From: Thermotogota bacterium
GTDB taxonomy: Bacteria > Thermotogota > Thermotogae > UBA12178
Reading direction: 5' to 3'
Assembly (NCBI GenBank): GCA_021161835.1
Contig: JAGGZV010000037.1
Location: 21,806 to 85,805, forward strand
Length of the DNA stretch: 64,000 bases
The position numbers and the translations under genes were made by a program. The notes under the pieces were generated by a model. That model was given only the letters and a program-made list of their open reading frames with translations, was not told the DNA's origin and ran no database searches. Positions 51,359-63,890 of this stretch are shown one piece after another. Numbering within the stretch: position 1 is the first letter of the stretch; every line of letters starts with the position of its first letter.

Positions 51359-52630
51359 TCACTCCCAACCGAATAATTCCCTGAAGAAGTCCAGAATACT
51401 CGAACGCTTTTTCTTCCTGCGTTTCTCGGGGGTCGCCATCCCTGCTCTGGTTGGTACCGTGAGCGCACCTATAACCGCCGAGTAGGCGGAATTGTTGATC
51501 ACCTCATCTGGACCTTCTATGGGTATGTGAGACCCCGTGTTGGCAGTCCCGATTCTAACAAAACTCTTGAATACGTCAGTCGCCGTATCGGTCAATCCCG
51601 GTAATTTCGCACCACCACCTGTTATCACCACGCTGGTTGGCACCCCTTCGCTGTATACTCTGCTCAACGATGAAAAAGCCTCCAATGCCACCCTGCGTGC
51701 CTTGTTCAGTATCTCACGCGTCCTGGCATATATTATTATCGCCAATTCTCTCAAAGTTGTTGCCCTTCTGGTACGACCATCCAGTGCATAATATTCCACT
51801 ATCTCAGAAGGATCGGGAGGATTCATGGAAGCAAAACCCTTGCTCGTTATTATCCTTTCCGCCTCACTTATGGATGTATTCAAAACTCTCGAAACATCCT
51901 TTATTACGTACCTGAAACCTATGGGTACCGTTTCGTGAAAGACGGGGATGCTGTTGACAAATCCCAGAACGTTGACGAAGGAATGACCGAAATCCAAAAC
52001 GAATACCCCTCTTTCTCTTTCGGCTTCCGTTGTAACCACATAACCGGCAGCAAGTGAGGGCACCACAAATTCATTGTCTACTGCGGGAAGGAACTCCGAA
52101 ATCAACTGATTCATGGTGTTGAATCGGGAAGCTGAAACGGTGGCAGTGAAGGCCTCAACAGCAAGCTTTTTCGCCTCGAGTTCTAGAGGATTAACCACCA
52201 CCTTCACATCGTCTATGACGTACTGCATGGGAAAGATGTGCAACATAAGTGTGGGATCCGTTTCGAAGGCACTTTCTTTCCCCAGATTGTTTAAAAGCTC
52301 CTCCTGAATCTCCTGGGTTATTTCCACAGGGTTTTCCGAGTCCAGAACCACCTCTTTCGTATCCATGGACACGGCATAAGAAGAATCACTGAAACAGATT
52401 CGAACTTTCTGATAGAAGTCACGACCCATTTCGTCTTCGAGCTCCATTATGACAGATTCTATGCTTTCTCTAAGAGCCACCACATCCTTCAAACCGCTCC
52501 AATCCATTCCCCGTGTCCTCACCATGGCGTATGCAACAACTTCATATCTATCTGCTATCCTCTGCACTGCCAACCCCTTTATTCCGTAAGTCCCCAGGTC
52601 CAATACCAGGATGTTCTCCTTTTTAGGCAC
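51359..52630 (-). CDS. ftsA: cell division protein FtsA
   Basis: Actin-fold motifs (ILVLDLGTYGIKGLAV, VVITGGGAKLPGL). 423 aa, immediately upstream of ftsZ. Confidence 0.9.
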   Translation of the reverse strand: MPKKENILVLDLGTYGIKGLAVQRIADRYEVVAYAMVRTRGMDWSGLKDVVALRESIESVIMELEDEMGRDFYQKVRICFSDSSYAVSMDTKEVVLDSENPVEITQEIQEELLNNLGKESAFETDPTLMLHIFPMQYVIDDVKVVVNPLELEAKKLAVEAFTATVSASRFNTMNQLISEFLPAVDNEFVVPSLAAGYVVTTEAERERGVFVLDFGHSFVNVLGFVNSIPVFHETVPIGFRYVIKDVSRVLNTSISEAERIITSKGFASMNPPDPSEIVEYYALDGRTRRATTLRELAIIIYARTREILNKARRVALEAFSSLSRVYSEGVPTSVVITGGGAKLPGLTDTATDVFKSFVRIGTANTGSHIPIEGPDEVINNSAYSAVIGALTVPTRAGMATPEKRRKKKRSSILDFFRELFGWE

Positions 52631-52634
52631 CTTA

Positions 52635-55335
<2,701 letters not shown>

Positions 55336-55352
<17 letters not shown>

Positions 55353-56154
55353 CCTTCGAGAATATTTCTTTGCGCATCACATCCATCAGGATCTTCGTGA
55401 TCCCACCCACCGAGTCCTCTATCAATGTCCTCGTTTCCAGCCTTCTGACCGGAACTATTCCCGCACTCGTATGAGTGAGGAATATTTCATCACATTGAAA
55501 CAATTCTCTGACCTCCACCTTCCGTTCGGACACCGGTATTTCAAGTTCTCTGGCAAAATCCATTACTATTTTGCGCGTTATCCCCGGAAGTATACCTGAA
55601 TCCACATCAGGGGTGATGAGAGCACCACTCTTCACCAGGAATACATTGGAGAAGGTCCCCTCCGCAACACATCCATGTATGTTCAACATGATCACATCGT
55701 AATTGTCACCCTTGTGCTTTCTCGCAAGTATTATGTCGGGCCGTGAGAGAAACTTAACCTTGGGTGGACAGGATTCAACGGGCATTCTCCTGTATCTGGA
55801 TATGCCAACTTTGACACCTTCCTCATGTATATAATCAGGAATACTGAAGGGTTCAGCCCATATGTAAACACCGGGGTTAACATCCAGTGTGAGAATTATC
55901 CGGAATCTGATCTCTTCATTCCTGGATTTGGGTACCTTCCCCATCCCCTCCTTTAGAATATCCCTCAATTCATCCACGTTAAAAGGTAGAGATATACCCA
56001 CCTCGTGTGCAGACTCCATTAAACGCTCGTAATGCATTGTAAGAGCAAAAATATTGCCATTCCACGTACGAACAGTTTCAAATATCGCCTCGCCTCTCAA
56101 CAGACCATCGTACTTATCCCGCTCAACCCACTTTCCATCCTGATATAGGTACAC
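55336..56154 (-). CDS. class IV (D-amino-acid/branched-chain/ADC-lyase) PLP-dependent aminotransferase-fold protein
   Basis: FETVRTWNG ... EGTFSNVFLVKSGALITP ... ILPGITRKIV ... DEIFLTHTSAGIVPV fold-type IV motifs. 272 aa. Confidence 0.7.
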
Positions 56155-57430
56155 TCGAGAGTGTCGCCTCCTCTCCTCTCATAACAGATACGGCGAAACA
56201 TTCCACGAATTCTCCTTCTTCTCTGCTTCCATTCAGTACATTGTGGATGTAGTATTCATCGTAACCACTGGATAAACCATTGGATACCTTTTCCACCAGC
56301 ACCCGACGTTTAACACCATCGTGCTTCAGCAGGTACTCATGCATCGCCACCAGGGAAATTTCTTTCAGATGCCTGGCACGCTCTTTCTTCACCGCTCCGG
56401 ATATTTGCGGTCGCATATCACAGGCCGGGGTTCCCCTGCGTGGCGAAAACCGGAACACGTGCACCCTAACCGGTTTGACTCTCCTCACCAGTTCCACGCT
56501 CTCCAGGAAATCGCTCTCACTTTCACCCGGAAAACCCACCATTATATCGAAGCTGAAAGAATACAGCGGATCGAATTTCCTCAGCCTTTCGAATATTTCC
56601 CAGAACCTTTCCACCCTGTAGCGCCTTCTCATGAGAGACAAAACGCTGTTGGAAGCGCTTTGCAGCGATATATGGAGATGCCTGCAAAACCTTTTTTCAC
56701 GTATCACATCCAGTAGTTCCTCATCTATATCGTCTGGATTCAACGAACTCAACCGCACGCGGAAATCCCCTTCCATCTTTTCGACCACTTTCAAGAGATC
56801 AGAGAGCTTCAATCCCATATCCACTCCATATCTTCCCAAATTGACCCCCACAATCACTATTTCCCTATGCCCGGAATCCACCAATTTCCTGATCTCTTCT
56901 ATCACCAATCCTACGGGCTTACTACGTACTCTGTTCCCTCTGGCCAGCCTGACAGCACAATATGTGCAATATCCATCACACCCATCTTCCACCTTTACCA
57001 TGCCTCTCGTCCTGTTTCTCAATCTCTTCAGAAGACTCTCTCGCACAAAATCCTCACAGCTTAAATCTTTCTCGAATTTTATACCTTCGAATGGAACAGC
57101 ATTCAACAATTCCACGATCTTCCTCTTTAAGGAGTTACCAGCCAGCAAATTGATCTCCACATCTTCCAGTTCCTGAGGATCGAAATCTACTGCACATCCT
57201 ACAACCATCAGACGGGCATCGGGATTCTCCCTTCGTACATGCCTGATCTTCTGTTTCAACTTTCTGATGGCCTCACCGGTCACAGCACAGGAATTGAAAA
57301 CAACAACATCAGCTTCACACGGTTTAACCACCGTGTGACCAGCATTCTCTACCAGCTGCTTCATCAATTCCTCCTCATACTGATTCACCTTGCAACCGAA
57401 TGTCACAAAAGAGACCTTCATACTTCCCAT
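56123..57430 (-). CDS. MiaB-family radical-SAM methylthiotransferase (MtaB/RimO-like)
   Basis: N-terminal MTTase cluster (FVTFGCKVNQYEEE...NSCAV) and radical-SAM cluster CDGYCTYCAV. 435 aa. Confidence 0.8.
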   Translation of the reverse strand: MGSMKVSFVTFGCKVNQYEEELMKQLVENAGHTVVKPCEADVVVFNSCAVTGEAIRKLKQKIRHVRRENPDARLMVVGCAVDFDPQELEDVEINLLAGNSLKRKIVELLNAVPFEGIKFEKDLSCEDFVRESLLKRLRNRTRGMVKVEDGCDGYCTYCAVRLARGNRVRSKPVGLVIEEIRKLVDSGHREIVIVGVNLGRYGVDMGLKLSDLLKVVEKMEGDFRVRLSSLNPDDIDEELLDVIREKRFCRHLHISLQSASNSVLSLMRRRYRVERFWEIFERLRKFDPLYSFSFDIMVGFPGESESDFLESVELVRRVKPVRVHVFRFSPRRGTPACDMRPQISGAVKKERARHLKEISLVAMHEYLLKHDGVKRRVLVEKVSNGLSSGYDEYYIHNVLNGSREEGEFVECFAVSVMRGEEATLSSVPISGWKVG

Positions 57431-57870
57431 CTCTTTTCCATGGCACCTCTAAGTATCTGCATACGCGTCACGAAACCCACCAGTCTCCCATAAGAATCTA
57501 CAACAGGAATCGATTTCATTCGGCGCCTTATAAGCAGATCAGCAGCGTGCATGAGAGAGTCGTCTTCCCTCACCGTTATAGGTGGGGTCGACATGAACTC
57601 GGATACTTTTCTATCCTTTATTCTGGCAAACCTGGAGACTAGTTGATGAGTATCGGGCAAGAATGATGTAGACTGAAGCAACGAAAAATAGCTTGGAACA
57701 GTAGCGTTTATTATATCACTCTCGCTTATAAAACCTATGACCACCATATCTTCATCAACTACCGGCAACCCTGATCGCAATTGTTTTGCGCACATGATCA
57801 CGAAATTTTCCACCGTCTCGTCCTCGAACACGGCGGATATATCCCTTATTATCACATCACGAACCTTCAC
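57418..57870 (-). CDS. CBS-pair domain protein
   Basis: Two CBS motifs (GLPVVDEDMVVIGFISESDI and SIPVVDSYGRLVGFVTRMQI). 150 aa. Confidence 0.7.
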   Translation of the reverse strand: MKVRDVIIRDISAVFEDETVENFVIMCAKQLRSGLPVVDEDMVVIGFISESDIINATVPSYFSLLQSTSFLPDTHQLVSRFARIKDRKVSEFMSTPPITVREDDSLMHAADLLIRRRMKSIPVVDSYGRLVGFVTRMQILRGAMEKRWEV

Positions 57871-57882
57871 GTTACCACCCCA

Positions 57883-58869
57883 TCATTCGATTCTTTCTAT
57901 ATCGAAGGATTGAAGTTCTCTCTCCATGTCTTCAATGGATAATTCCGACTTTCGTAAATGTCGTATTTCGGCAATCGCGGCTGCCATCCCATATTTCAAC
58001 ACCTCGTAATATGAAAGGCCCTTCAACACCGCATACACCATTCCCGCAACAAAGGCATCACCTGTTCCAAGAAGGTGTGAAACCTCAACATGATCTTTTA
58101 TGGTGAACTTCCACACTCCCTCTTCTGTAGCCACAACATCGCTCACTATCTTATACGATAGAACTACGGCCTTCGCTCCCAGCCGTCTTATCTCCTTGGC
58201 CAGTTCGACGTAATCCTGTAACTCTTTCAACTCATGCCCCAACACACGCTTTTCTCTTCGAAGATCTGCTCTCACCACCTGAGGACAATCCTCCTGCAGA
58301 ACCCTGTCGAAAAATGGTCCTATACTTTCCATGAAAACTACTTTTCCTTTGGATTTGGCTGCTCCCACCAGTTTCAAGCAATAGCCCTCATCCACACCTG
58401 GGGGAGCACTCCCCGAAATCACCACCATTTCAACACGTGGGAGTGTCATAAGGTATCGTCTGTAAAATATCTCCAATTCCCTTTCACTCACCAGCGGACC
58501 AGGGGAGTTTATTTCCGTTATGGTGTCGTTCATGGGATCGATAACCGTAATATTTTCCCGCGTTTCACCATCCGTGTAAACGAAGTTCAAAGTTATATCG
58601 GGATGTAACCTCCGCAACTCCTCTTCTACTATTCGCCCCACATAACCCGCCAGTATTCCCATCGCAACGTTGGATATTCCCATGGAATCCAGAATCATGG
58701 AAACGTTTATACCCTTGCCACCTGGTGTCATCACCGAATCCGATGGATTCCTCAACCTGTGAAGGCTGTTGATCGTGAAATTGGGAAGGATCAATTCTCG
58801 ATCCAAAGCAGGATTAAGGGTTACCGTAAGCACCCTCATGAACGTCTTCACTCCCTTTACTAGTTTCAC
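57883..58869 (-). CDS. PfkB-family sugar kinase (1-phosphofructokinase / tagatose-6-P kinase-like)
   Basis: LTVTLNPALD N-terminus, PGGKGINVS motif, C-terminal GTGDAFVAG anion-hole motif. Confidence 0.75.
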   Translation of the reverse strand: MKLVKGVKTFMRVLTVTLNPALDRELILPNFTINSLHRLRNPSDSVMTPGGKGINVSMILDSMGISNVAMGILAGYVGRIVEEELRRLHPDITLNFVYTDGETRENITVIDPMNDTITEINSPGPLVSERELEIFYRRYLMTLPRVEMVVISGSAPPGVDEGYCLKLVGAAKSKGKVVFMESIGPFFDRVLQEDCPQVVRADLRREKRVLGHELKELQDYVELAKEIRRLGAKAVVLSYKIVSDVVATEEGVWKFTIKDHVEVSHLLGTGDAFVAGMVYAVLKGLSYYEVLKYGMAAAIAEIRHLRKSELSIEDMERELQSFDIERIE

Positions 58870-59567
58870 AACATCACATATTTCACGGGATCGCCATCAA
58901 AAACAATTTTACCATTTTCAAAAATTATGATCAAATCGGCAAGCGGAAGAAATCTGCGTATGGTCTTCGTACCGATCACGAGGACTCTTTCGTCCTTGAA
59001 CCGTTCCAGAATACCTGCGAACCTCTCGAAAGCCTTCTCACCCAATCCATCTAGAATCTCGTTCACGGCCACCAGACTGCGGGATCTCACAAAACCGGTA
59101 AGGATCATCAGAAGTATTACATCATCCAGAGGGAAGGATTTAAGAAGACAGAAGGGATGTTCAAATAGATATGTGAGTTCCATGAGCGCCACGATCTCGA
59201 AATACTCGGACAGAAAGTCCCTCGCCTCTTTCCTGAATATCAGCTTTATCAAATCCCCAGGAGTAAGCATCTCCGAGGATTTGAGGATATTCCTATCCAT
59301 CACCACTATATCAGGCGTTGAAACACCCGCTTTTTCACTTTCACGTCTCTCAAAAATAATTTGCCCTTTGAAATGTACATGTGGAGAGGGAAAGCCATTC
59401 ATGGACCTGAAGATATCGAAGAAAGCTTCCCGTTCTGCATGTGTTGATGCACCAACAATAGTAACACAACCCTCTTGAATCTCACAGTTCAGAGATTCAA
59501 GAATCACCCGCCTATTGAAAAGCACACTAACATCATTCAGCTTTATCAGATTTTTCCGGTTCCTCAC
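58866..59567 (-). CDS. ABC-ATPase-fold protein with degenerate Walker A/B and signature motifs (predicted catalytically inactive)
   Basis: ABC start pattern LKLNDVSVLF...ILESLNCEIQEGCVTIVG, then ASTHAERE in place of the GxxGxGKST Walker A. Walker B/D-loop reads VAVNEILDGLG (DE changed to NE). No LSGGQ signature. 4-nt overlap with the kinase gene. Confidence 0.5.
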   Translation of the reverse strand: MRNRKNLIKLNDVSVLFNRRVILESLNCEIQEGCVTIVGASTHAEREAFFDIFRSMNGFPSPHVHFKGQIIFERRESEKAGVSTPDIVVMDRNILKSSEMLTPGDLIKLIFRKEARDFLSEYFEIVALMELTYLFEHPFCLLKSFPLDDVILLMILTGFVRSRSLVAVNEILDGLGEKAFERFAGILERFKDERVLVIGTKTIRRFLPLADLIIIFENGKIVFDGDPVKYVML

Positions 59568-59784
59568 GAATCACTCCCTTCTCTTCCAGCTCACCCTTCT
59601 CACCTTCACCTTCTATGAACCGTAATCTCTTTATTATTTCATTTTCCGCCTTTTTATCTCCACTCCTTAGTTTCTTCAGAAGCTCTATTTGTGACGCTAT
59701 GCGCATGTTCCATGGTGAATACTTCTCCTCCTTCAAAAATTTTCCCCCTTTCCCTTTGATTGCATGTAAATTATCCCCTCTCAT
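59533..59784 (-). CDS. small highly charged hypothetical ORF
   Basis: 83 aa, Lys/Glu-rich. It overlaps the next gene by 35 nt, so the real start may be internal. Confidence 0.2.
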   Translation of the reverse strand: MRGDNLHAIKGKGGKFLKEEKYSPWNMRIASQIELLKKLRSGDKKAENEIIKRLRFIEGEGEKGELEEKGVIREEPEKSDKAE

Positions 59785-59950
59785 TATTAATACCCCTTTA
59801 GATGTGTTTTTCGTTTATGCATCTTCTAGATGACATCAAGCGAGCGACTGGAACATCGATGTATAATATGAGTGAGTTCCAGAAATCGGTACGTCATCCT
59901 GAAGAATACAATTCACACCTATCATTATTCATTCCACGGACGTCGCAAAA

Positions 59951-61135
59951 TTGTCCGTATTTATTTCTCATGCTTTGAACACCGGGTTCAGGGATGAAGA
60001 CGTTTACATAACGGGACTATGTCACGATATAGGGTTTTTAATATATGGAGAATCGTTCAGATATCCTGAATTCATTCAGAATTTAGAGTATCATGTATCG
60101 AGCGAAGGTGTTCTTTCTTTCGACATATTCTACACTGTGGATAGATTCGACAGGAATTGCCAGCATGTTTTGATATCCTCGAAGATTCTGGAATACATGG
60201 GCATAGTACCAGCGTACTGCTCACGTGCCATCCTTTACCATCACAGCACAACCTTTCCGGCTCACGAAGACGAAAAAACAGTATTGATGGCCAACATAAT
60301 AAGGCTCGCCGATCATATATCCGGAACGATCAGATCGGCCAGAAAACTTGAAGAAGCGGTGGAACAGGTGAGAATTAGTGTTGAAAAAGAGGACTTCCCA
60401 CCGGCACTTCTAAAAACAGGCAAAGATCTCGTGAACGATCCAATAATCTTTTCAAGCGTTTTCAACGAAGAAAGTGGAGTGGACAAATTCATGGAAAGCA
60501 TGCTGGTTGATGTGAAAACTTTCACCAGAACAGCGCAGATCATCTCGCTAATGCTCGATTACAGGAGTGTCTACACTCGTAAACACTCACTGGGCGTAGC
60601 AAAACTCAGTGAAAATCTTGCACGAGAGTTACTCACAGAAACCGACGCTGTTTTAATGTATTTATCCGGCATCATGCATGACTTTGGCAAGATAAGAACC
60701 CCCCTTCACATTCTCCATAAACCGGGAGCTCTATCTCCTGGAGAAATGTTTGTCATGAAGCTCCACGTTGTCGATGCCATGAAACTCCTTACTTCACCAC
60801 GACTGACCTTTCCCCTTCGAATGGCCGTGATGCATCATGAACGACTGGATGGAAGTGGTTACCCCAAAGGTTTGAAGGCAAAGGATATACCCTTCCAGGC
60901 AAGGATACTTCAAGTGGCTGACGTTTACACGGCGCTGGCAGAAGATAGACCCTATAGAAAAAGTCTTGAACCCACCCGGGCATTGAAGATCGTTGAAAAC
61001 ATGGTCCGAGCGAACCAGCTGGATGGTATCATCTACGAAAAGCTACGAGAATTCGTGAAAAACGGTTATCACCTCACCGGTTACGAAGATCTGATCGAGA
61101 TGATAACTCAAAAATACACATATGATGGAGTATAA
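59951..61135 (+). CDS. cytoplasmic tandem HD-like + HD-GYP domain protein (putative c-di-GMP phosphodiesterase)
   Basis: First domain has GLCHDIGF (HD). Second has MHDFGKIRTP ... MHHERLDGSGYPKGLKAKDIP (HD-GYP). 394 aa. Confidence 0.75.
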   Translation: MSVFISHALNTGFRDEDVYITGLCHDIGFLIYGESFRYPEFIQNLEYHVSSEGVLSFDIFYTVDRFDRNCQHVLISSKILEYMGIVPAYCSRAILYHHSTTFPAHEDEKTVLMANIIRLADHISGTIRSARKLEEAVEQVRISVEKEDFPPALLKTGKDLVNDPIIFSSVFNEESGVDKFMESMLVDVKTFTRTAQIISLMLDYRSVYTRKHSLGVAKLSENLARELLTETDAVLMYLSGIMHDFGKIRTPLHILHKPGALSPGEMFVMKLHVVDAMKLLTSPRLTFPLRMAVMHHERLDGSGYPKGLKAKDIPFQARILQVADVYTALAEDRPYRKSLEPTRALKIVENMVRANQLDGIIYEKLREFVKNGYHLTGYEDLIEMITQKYTYDGV

Positions 61136-61185
61136 TTTCCCTGGTAAAACCCGGAAAGTCTAATTCATTGGAATGGGGGCAAACC

Positions 61186-61386
61186 ATGAAAATTGTAAAG
61201 TCCTGGGTTTTACAAATATTCATTGTGTCAGTGATTACAGCTCTTACGGTGAGCTGTTTGAAAGCCGTATTTTCTGACATCTATGGTGTAAAGATTCCGA
61301 ACATTACCCCGGCAGTTACAGCGGCTGTGACCGCCGCCTTTGTAGTGAGCAACAGAAAAAAGCACCCATCCAACAGTAAGGTTTGA
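61186..61386 (+). CDS. small predicted membrane protein
   Basis: About 66 aa with two hydrophobic segments (VLQIFIVSVITALTV and ITPAVTAAVTAAFVV). Start taken at MKIVKS. Confidence 0.3.
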   Translation: MKIVKSWVLQIFIVSVITALTVSCLKAVFSDIYGVKIPNITPAVTAAVTAAFVVSNRKKHPSNSKV

Positions 61387-61392
61387 AAGCAG

Positions 61393-62205
61393 GTGAAAAT
61401 GGCAGTGAAAATCGAAAAATTGACCGAAATCGCCAGGAATGCCGGAAAAATAGTTCTCAAATTCTACAGGCAGGTCACGGAATACGGAGCGAAGATGAGT
61501 GAAGCTGACATAGTAACGGAAGCAGATATGGAATCTCAAAAGTACATTGTTGAGAGTCTGAACAGGTGCTTCCCCGAGATTCCTGTACTTGCAGAAGAAG
61601 GATTGACATCCAGAAACGGTGAACGTTACTTTGTGGTGGATCCACTCGATGGAACCCTCAATTTTTTTCATGGCCTTCCCTTCTTCTCCATCTCCATAGC
61701 GTATGTAGATGAGAAGGGACCGTGTATGGGGGTGGTGCATGCGCCATCCACTAACGAAACCTTCTTCGCTGTGCGTGGTGAAGGTTCATACGATCACACA
61801 GGAAAAAGGCTGCGTGTATCCACCACGGCGGAATTGAAGCAGTGCCTGGCCGTAACCGGATGGCCCTACGACGAGCTCCTTCAACCATGGACACAGCGTA
61901 CGGTGAACCACTTCCAGGAGCTGGTTCAGGAAGTGAGAATATTGGGTTCCGCTGCTCTGGAAATGGCATATCTCGCAGCAGGACACATCGACCTTTACTG
62001 GGAGGTTGGACTGTACCCCTGGGATTTGGCTGCGGGCTATCTCCTCGTAGAAGAAGCAGGAGGCAAGGTGAGCGATGTCAACGGCGAGAATTTCTCGTTA
62101 TCCACCGGAAGGGTGGCAGCATCGAATGGTATTCTGCACGAGGAATTGATAGGAAACCTCATGAAATGTGGTGAACTTCGAGAAGAAGGGAGGTATGAAC
62201 CATGA
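61393..62205 (+). CDS. suhB: inositol monophosphatase family protein (IMPase/FBPase-type)
   Basis: VVDPLDGTLNF and WPYDELLQPW...LAAG motifs. 270 aa. Confidence 0.8.
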   Translation: MKMAVKIEKLTEIARNAGKIVLKFYRQVTEYGAKMSEADIVTEADMESQKYIVESLNRCFPEIPVLAEEGLTSRNGERYFVVDPLDGTLNFFHGLPFFSISIAYVDEKGPCMGVVHAPSTNETFFAVRGEGSYDHTGKRLRVSTTAELKQCLAVTGWPYDELLQPWTQRTVNHFQELVQEVRILGSAALEMAYLAAGHIDLYWEVGLYPWDLAAGYLLVEEAGGKVSDVNGENFSLSTGRVAASNGILHEELIGNLMKCGELREEGRYEP

Positions 62206-62423
62206 AAACATTCCTGGCCATACTGGGTGTCATATTTCTCATATATCTGGCGTTCAAACACTTCCCTCTGGTGATAGGCATCATAACTCTTTTCATGGCG
62301 GGCGTAGTTCTCACTCTAATATTCCTGGGGTTGTTCACAATAGCCCTTCCCCTATTGTTGTTGGGATTGCTGGCCGCACTGGTAGGATGGCTGGTCAAAA
62401 GGTTGAAGGGTGAGAACGTTTGA
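62202..62423 (+). CDS. small hydrophobic membrane protein (2 TM)
   Basis: 73 aa, almost entirely hydrophobic with Gly/Leu-rich helices. ATGA overlap with the suhB stop. Confidence 0.35.
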   Translation: MKTFLAILGVIFLIYLAFKHFPLVIGIITLFMAGVVLTLIFLGLFTIALPLLLLGLLAALVGWLVKRLKGENV

Positions 62424-62424
62424 A

Positions 62425-62679
62425 ATGAGATTGGACAGGTTTCTGAAACAAGCGGGGGTTATAAAAAGGCGAACCATGGCTAAAAATATGGCAGAGGCTG
62501 GTAAGATCCTCAAAGATGGGGCACCACTCAAACCTGCATACCAGGTGAAACCCGGCGATATTATAGACGTTGTCTTCTATTCCCGTACCGTCAGGATAAA
62601 GGTGATCGACGATAAAAGTGTGGAGGTAATAAACGTGATCAAAAACATCGACAAAAGTGAAGGGAGGGGACATTCGTGA
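62425..62679 (+). CDS. S4-domain RNA-binding protein
   Basis: MRLDRFLKQAGVIKRRTMAKNMAEAGKILKDG is the S4 alpha-L motif. About 84 aa from the internal Met. Confidence 0.55.
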   Translation: MRLDRFLKQAGVIKRRTMAKNMAEAGKILKDGAPLKPAYQVKPGDIIDVVFYSRTVRIKVIDDKSVEVINVIKNIDKSEGRGHS

Positions 62680-63890
62680 ATGTGGCCGAAATCGTCCGCA
62701 GATACGAAAGGGAGATGGTTGATACTCTTAAAAACCTTGTACGTATGAACAGTGTGAACCCATCTTCCGGAGGTCCGGGAGAACTCAAAAAAGCCCTTTA
62801 TTTACAGAAAAAACTGGAAGAATGGAACCTTCCATTTGAGAGATACGATTCCCCTGACCCACGTGCTGAGGGGAATGTGCGCCCCAACATAGTGGTGAAA
62901 GTAAAAGGTGAAGACAGCTCTCGAACTCTGTGGTTTGTGACACACCTGGATGTGGTACCGGAAGGCGACAAAAATCTCTGGGATATCGATCCCTTTGAAC
63001 CCGTAGAAAGAGACGGGAAAATATACGGAAGAGGGGCAGAAGACAACTGCGGTTCACTAGTTTCAACATTGTACGCTCTCAAGGCTGTCCTCGATATGGG
63101 ATCATACCCTCCACAGAACGTGGGATTGGTCTTTGTCGCAGATGAAGAAGCGGGAAGTAAACACGGCATCGATTTTCTAATAAAACAGGGGATATTCGGT
63201 GAACAGGACGAGTTCGTTGTACCAGATGGAGGAACACCAGAAGGTGATTTCATAGAAATCGCAGAAAAATCCATCCTGTGGTTGAAGTTCGAGGTTCTGG
63301 GCAAGCAGACCCATGCATCCAGACCTGGCATGGGATTGAACGCGGCCCGGGTAGCTATGAAACTAATGACGGAAATAGATGAAACCTTGCATCAGAAGTT
63401 CAATATGGAAAATGATCTATTTCTGCCACCATCGAGCACTTTCGAACCCACTAAGAGAGAACCAAATGTGGACAACGTGAATACCGTACCGGGACGAGAT
63501 GTGTCGTATCTGGATTGTCGTGTACTGCCATCCATACCACTGGATACCGTACTCAACACCATCGAACAGATCATAAAAAAATACGAAGAAGAAACGGGTG
63601 CACGCGTCAATCTTGAGATAGTACAGAGGGTAGACGCCCCCGCTCCCACACCCAAAGATTCCCCCCTGGTTTCGAAATTGGTGAGGAGTCTGAAAAAACA
63701 TAGAAACATCGACCCTATCATAGGTGGTATAGGTGGTGGCACATGTGCAGCCTTTTTCAGACGCGAGGGCTGGCACGCCGTTGTGTGGTCCACAATAGAT
63801 GAAACAGCGCATCAGGCTAATGAATACAAGAGAATAGATCACATGGTTGATGACGCCGTAATCTTCGCGGAAATGATGCTATCTCCCTGA
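62676..63890 (+). CDS. M20-family metallopeptidase (ArgE/DapE/carboxypeptidase-type)
   Basis: VTHLDVVPEG, GRGAEDNCGS and VADEEAGS metal-ligand motifs. 404 aa. Confidence 0.75.
   Translation: MNVAEIVRRYEREMVDTLKNLVRMNSVNPSSGGPGELKKALYLQKKLEEWNLPFERYDSPDPRAEGNVRPNIVVKVKGEDSSRTLWFVTHLDVVPEGDKNLWDIDPFEPVERDGKIYGRGAEDNCGSLVSTLYALKAVLDMGSYPPQNVGLVFVADEEAGSKHGIDFLIKQGIFGEQDEFVVPDGGTPEGDFIEIAEKSILWLKFEVLGKQTHASRPGMGLNAARVAMKLMTEIDETLHQKFNMENDLFLPPSSTFEPTKREPNVDNVNTVPGRDVSYLDCRVLPSIPLDTVLNTIEQIIKKYEEETGARVNLEIVQRVDAPAPTPKDSPLVSKLVRSLKKHRNIDPIIGGIGGGTCAAFFRREGWHAVVWSTIDETAHQANEYKRIDHMVDDAVIFAEMMLSP

Noticed and set aside
59785-59950. 166-nt region between the small charged ORF and the second HD-GYP gene as a possible ncRNA
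   Set aside because: No stable extended secondary structure or conserved motif is recognisable by eye. It most likely holds divergent promoters.
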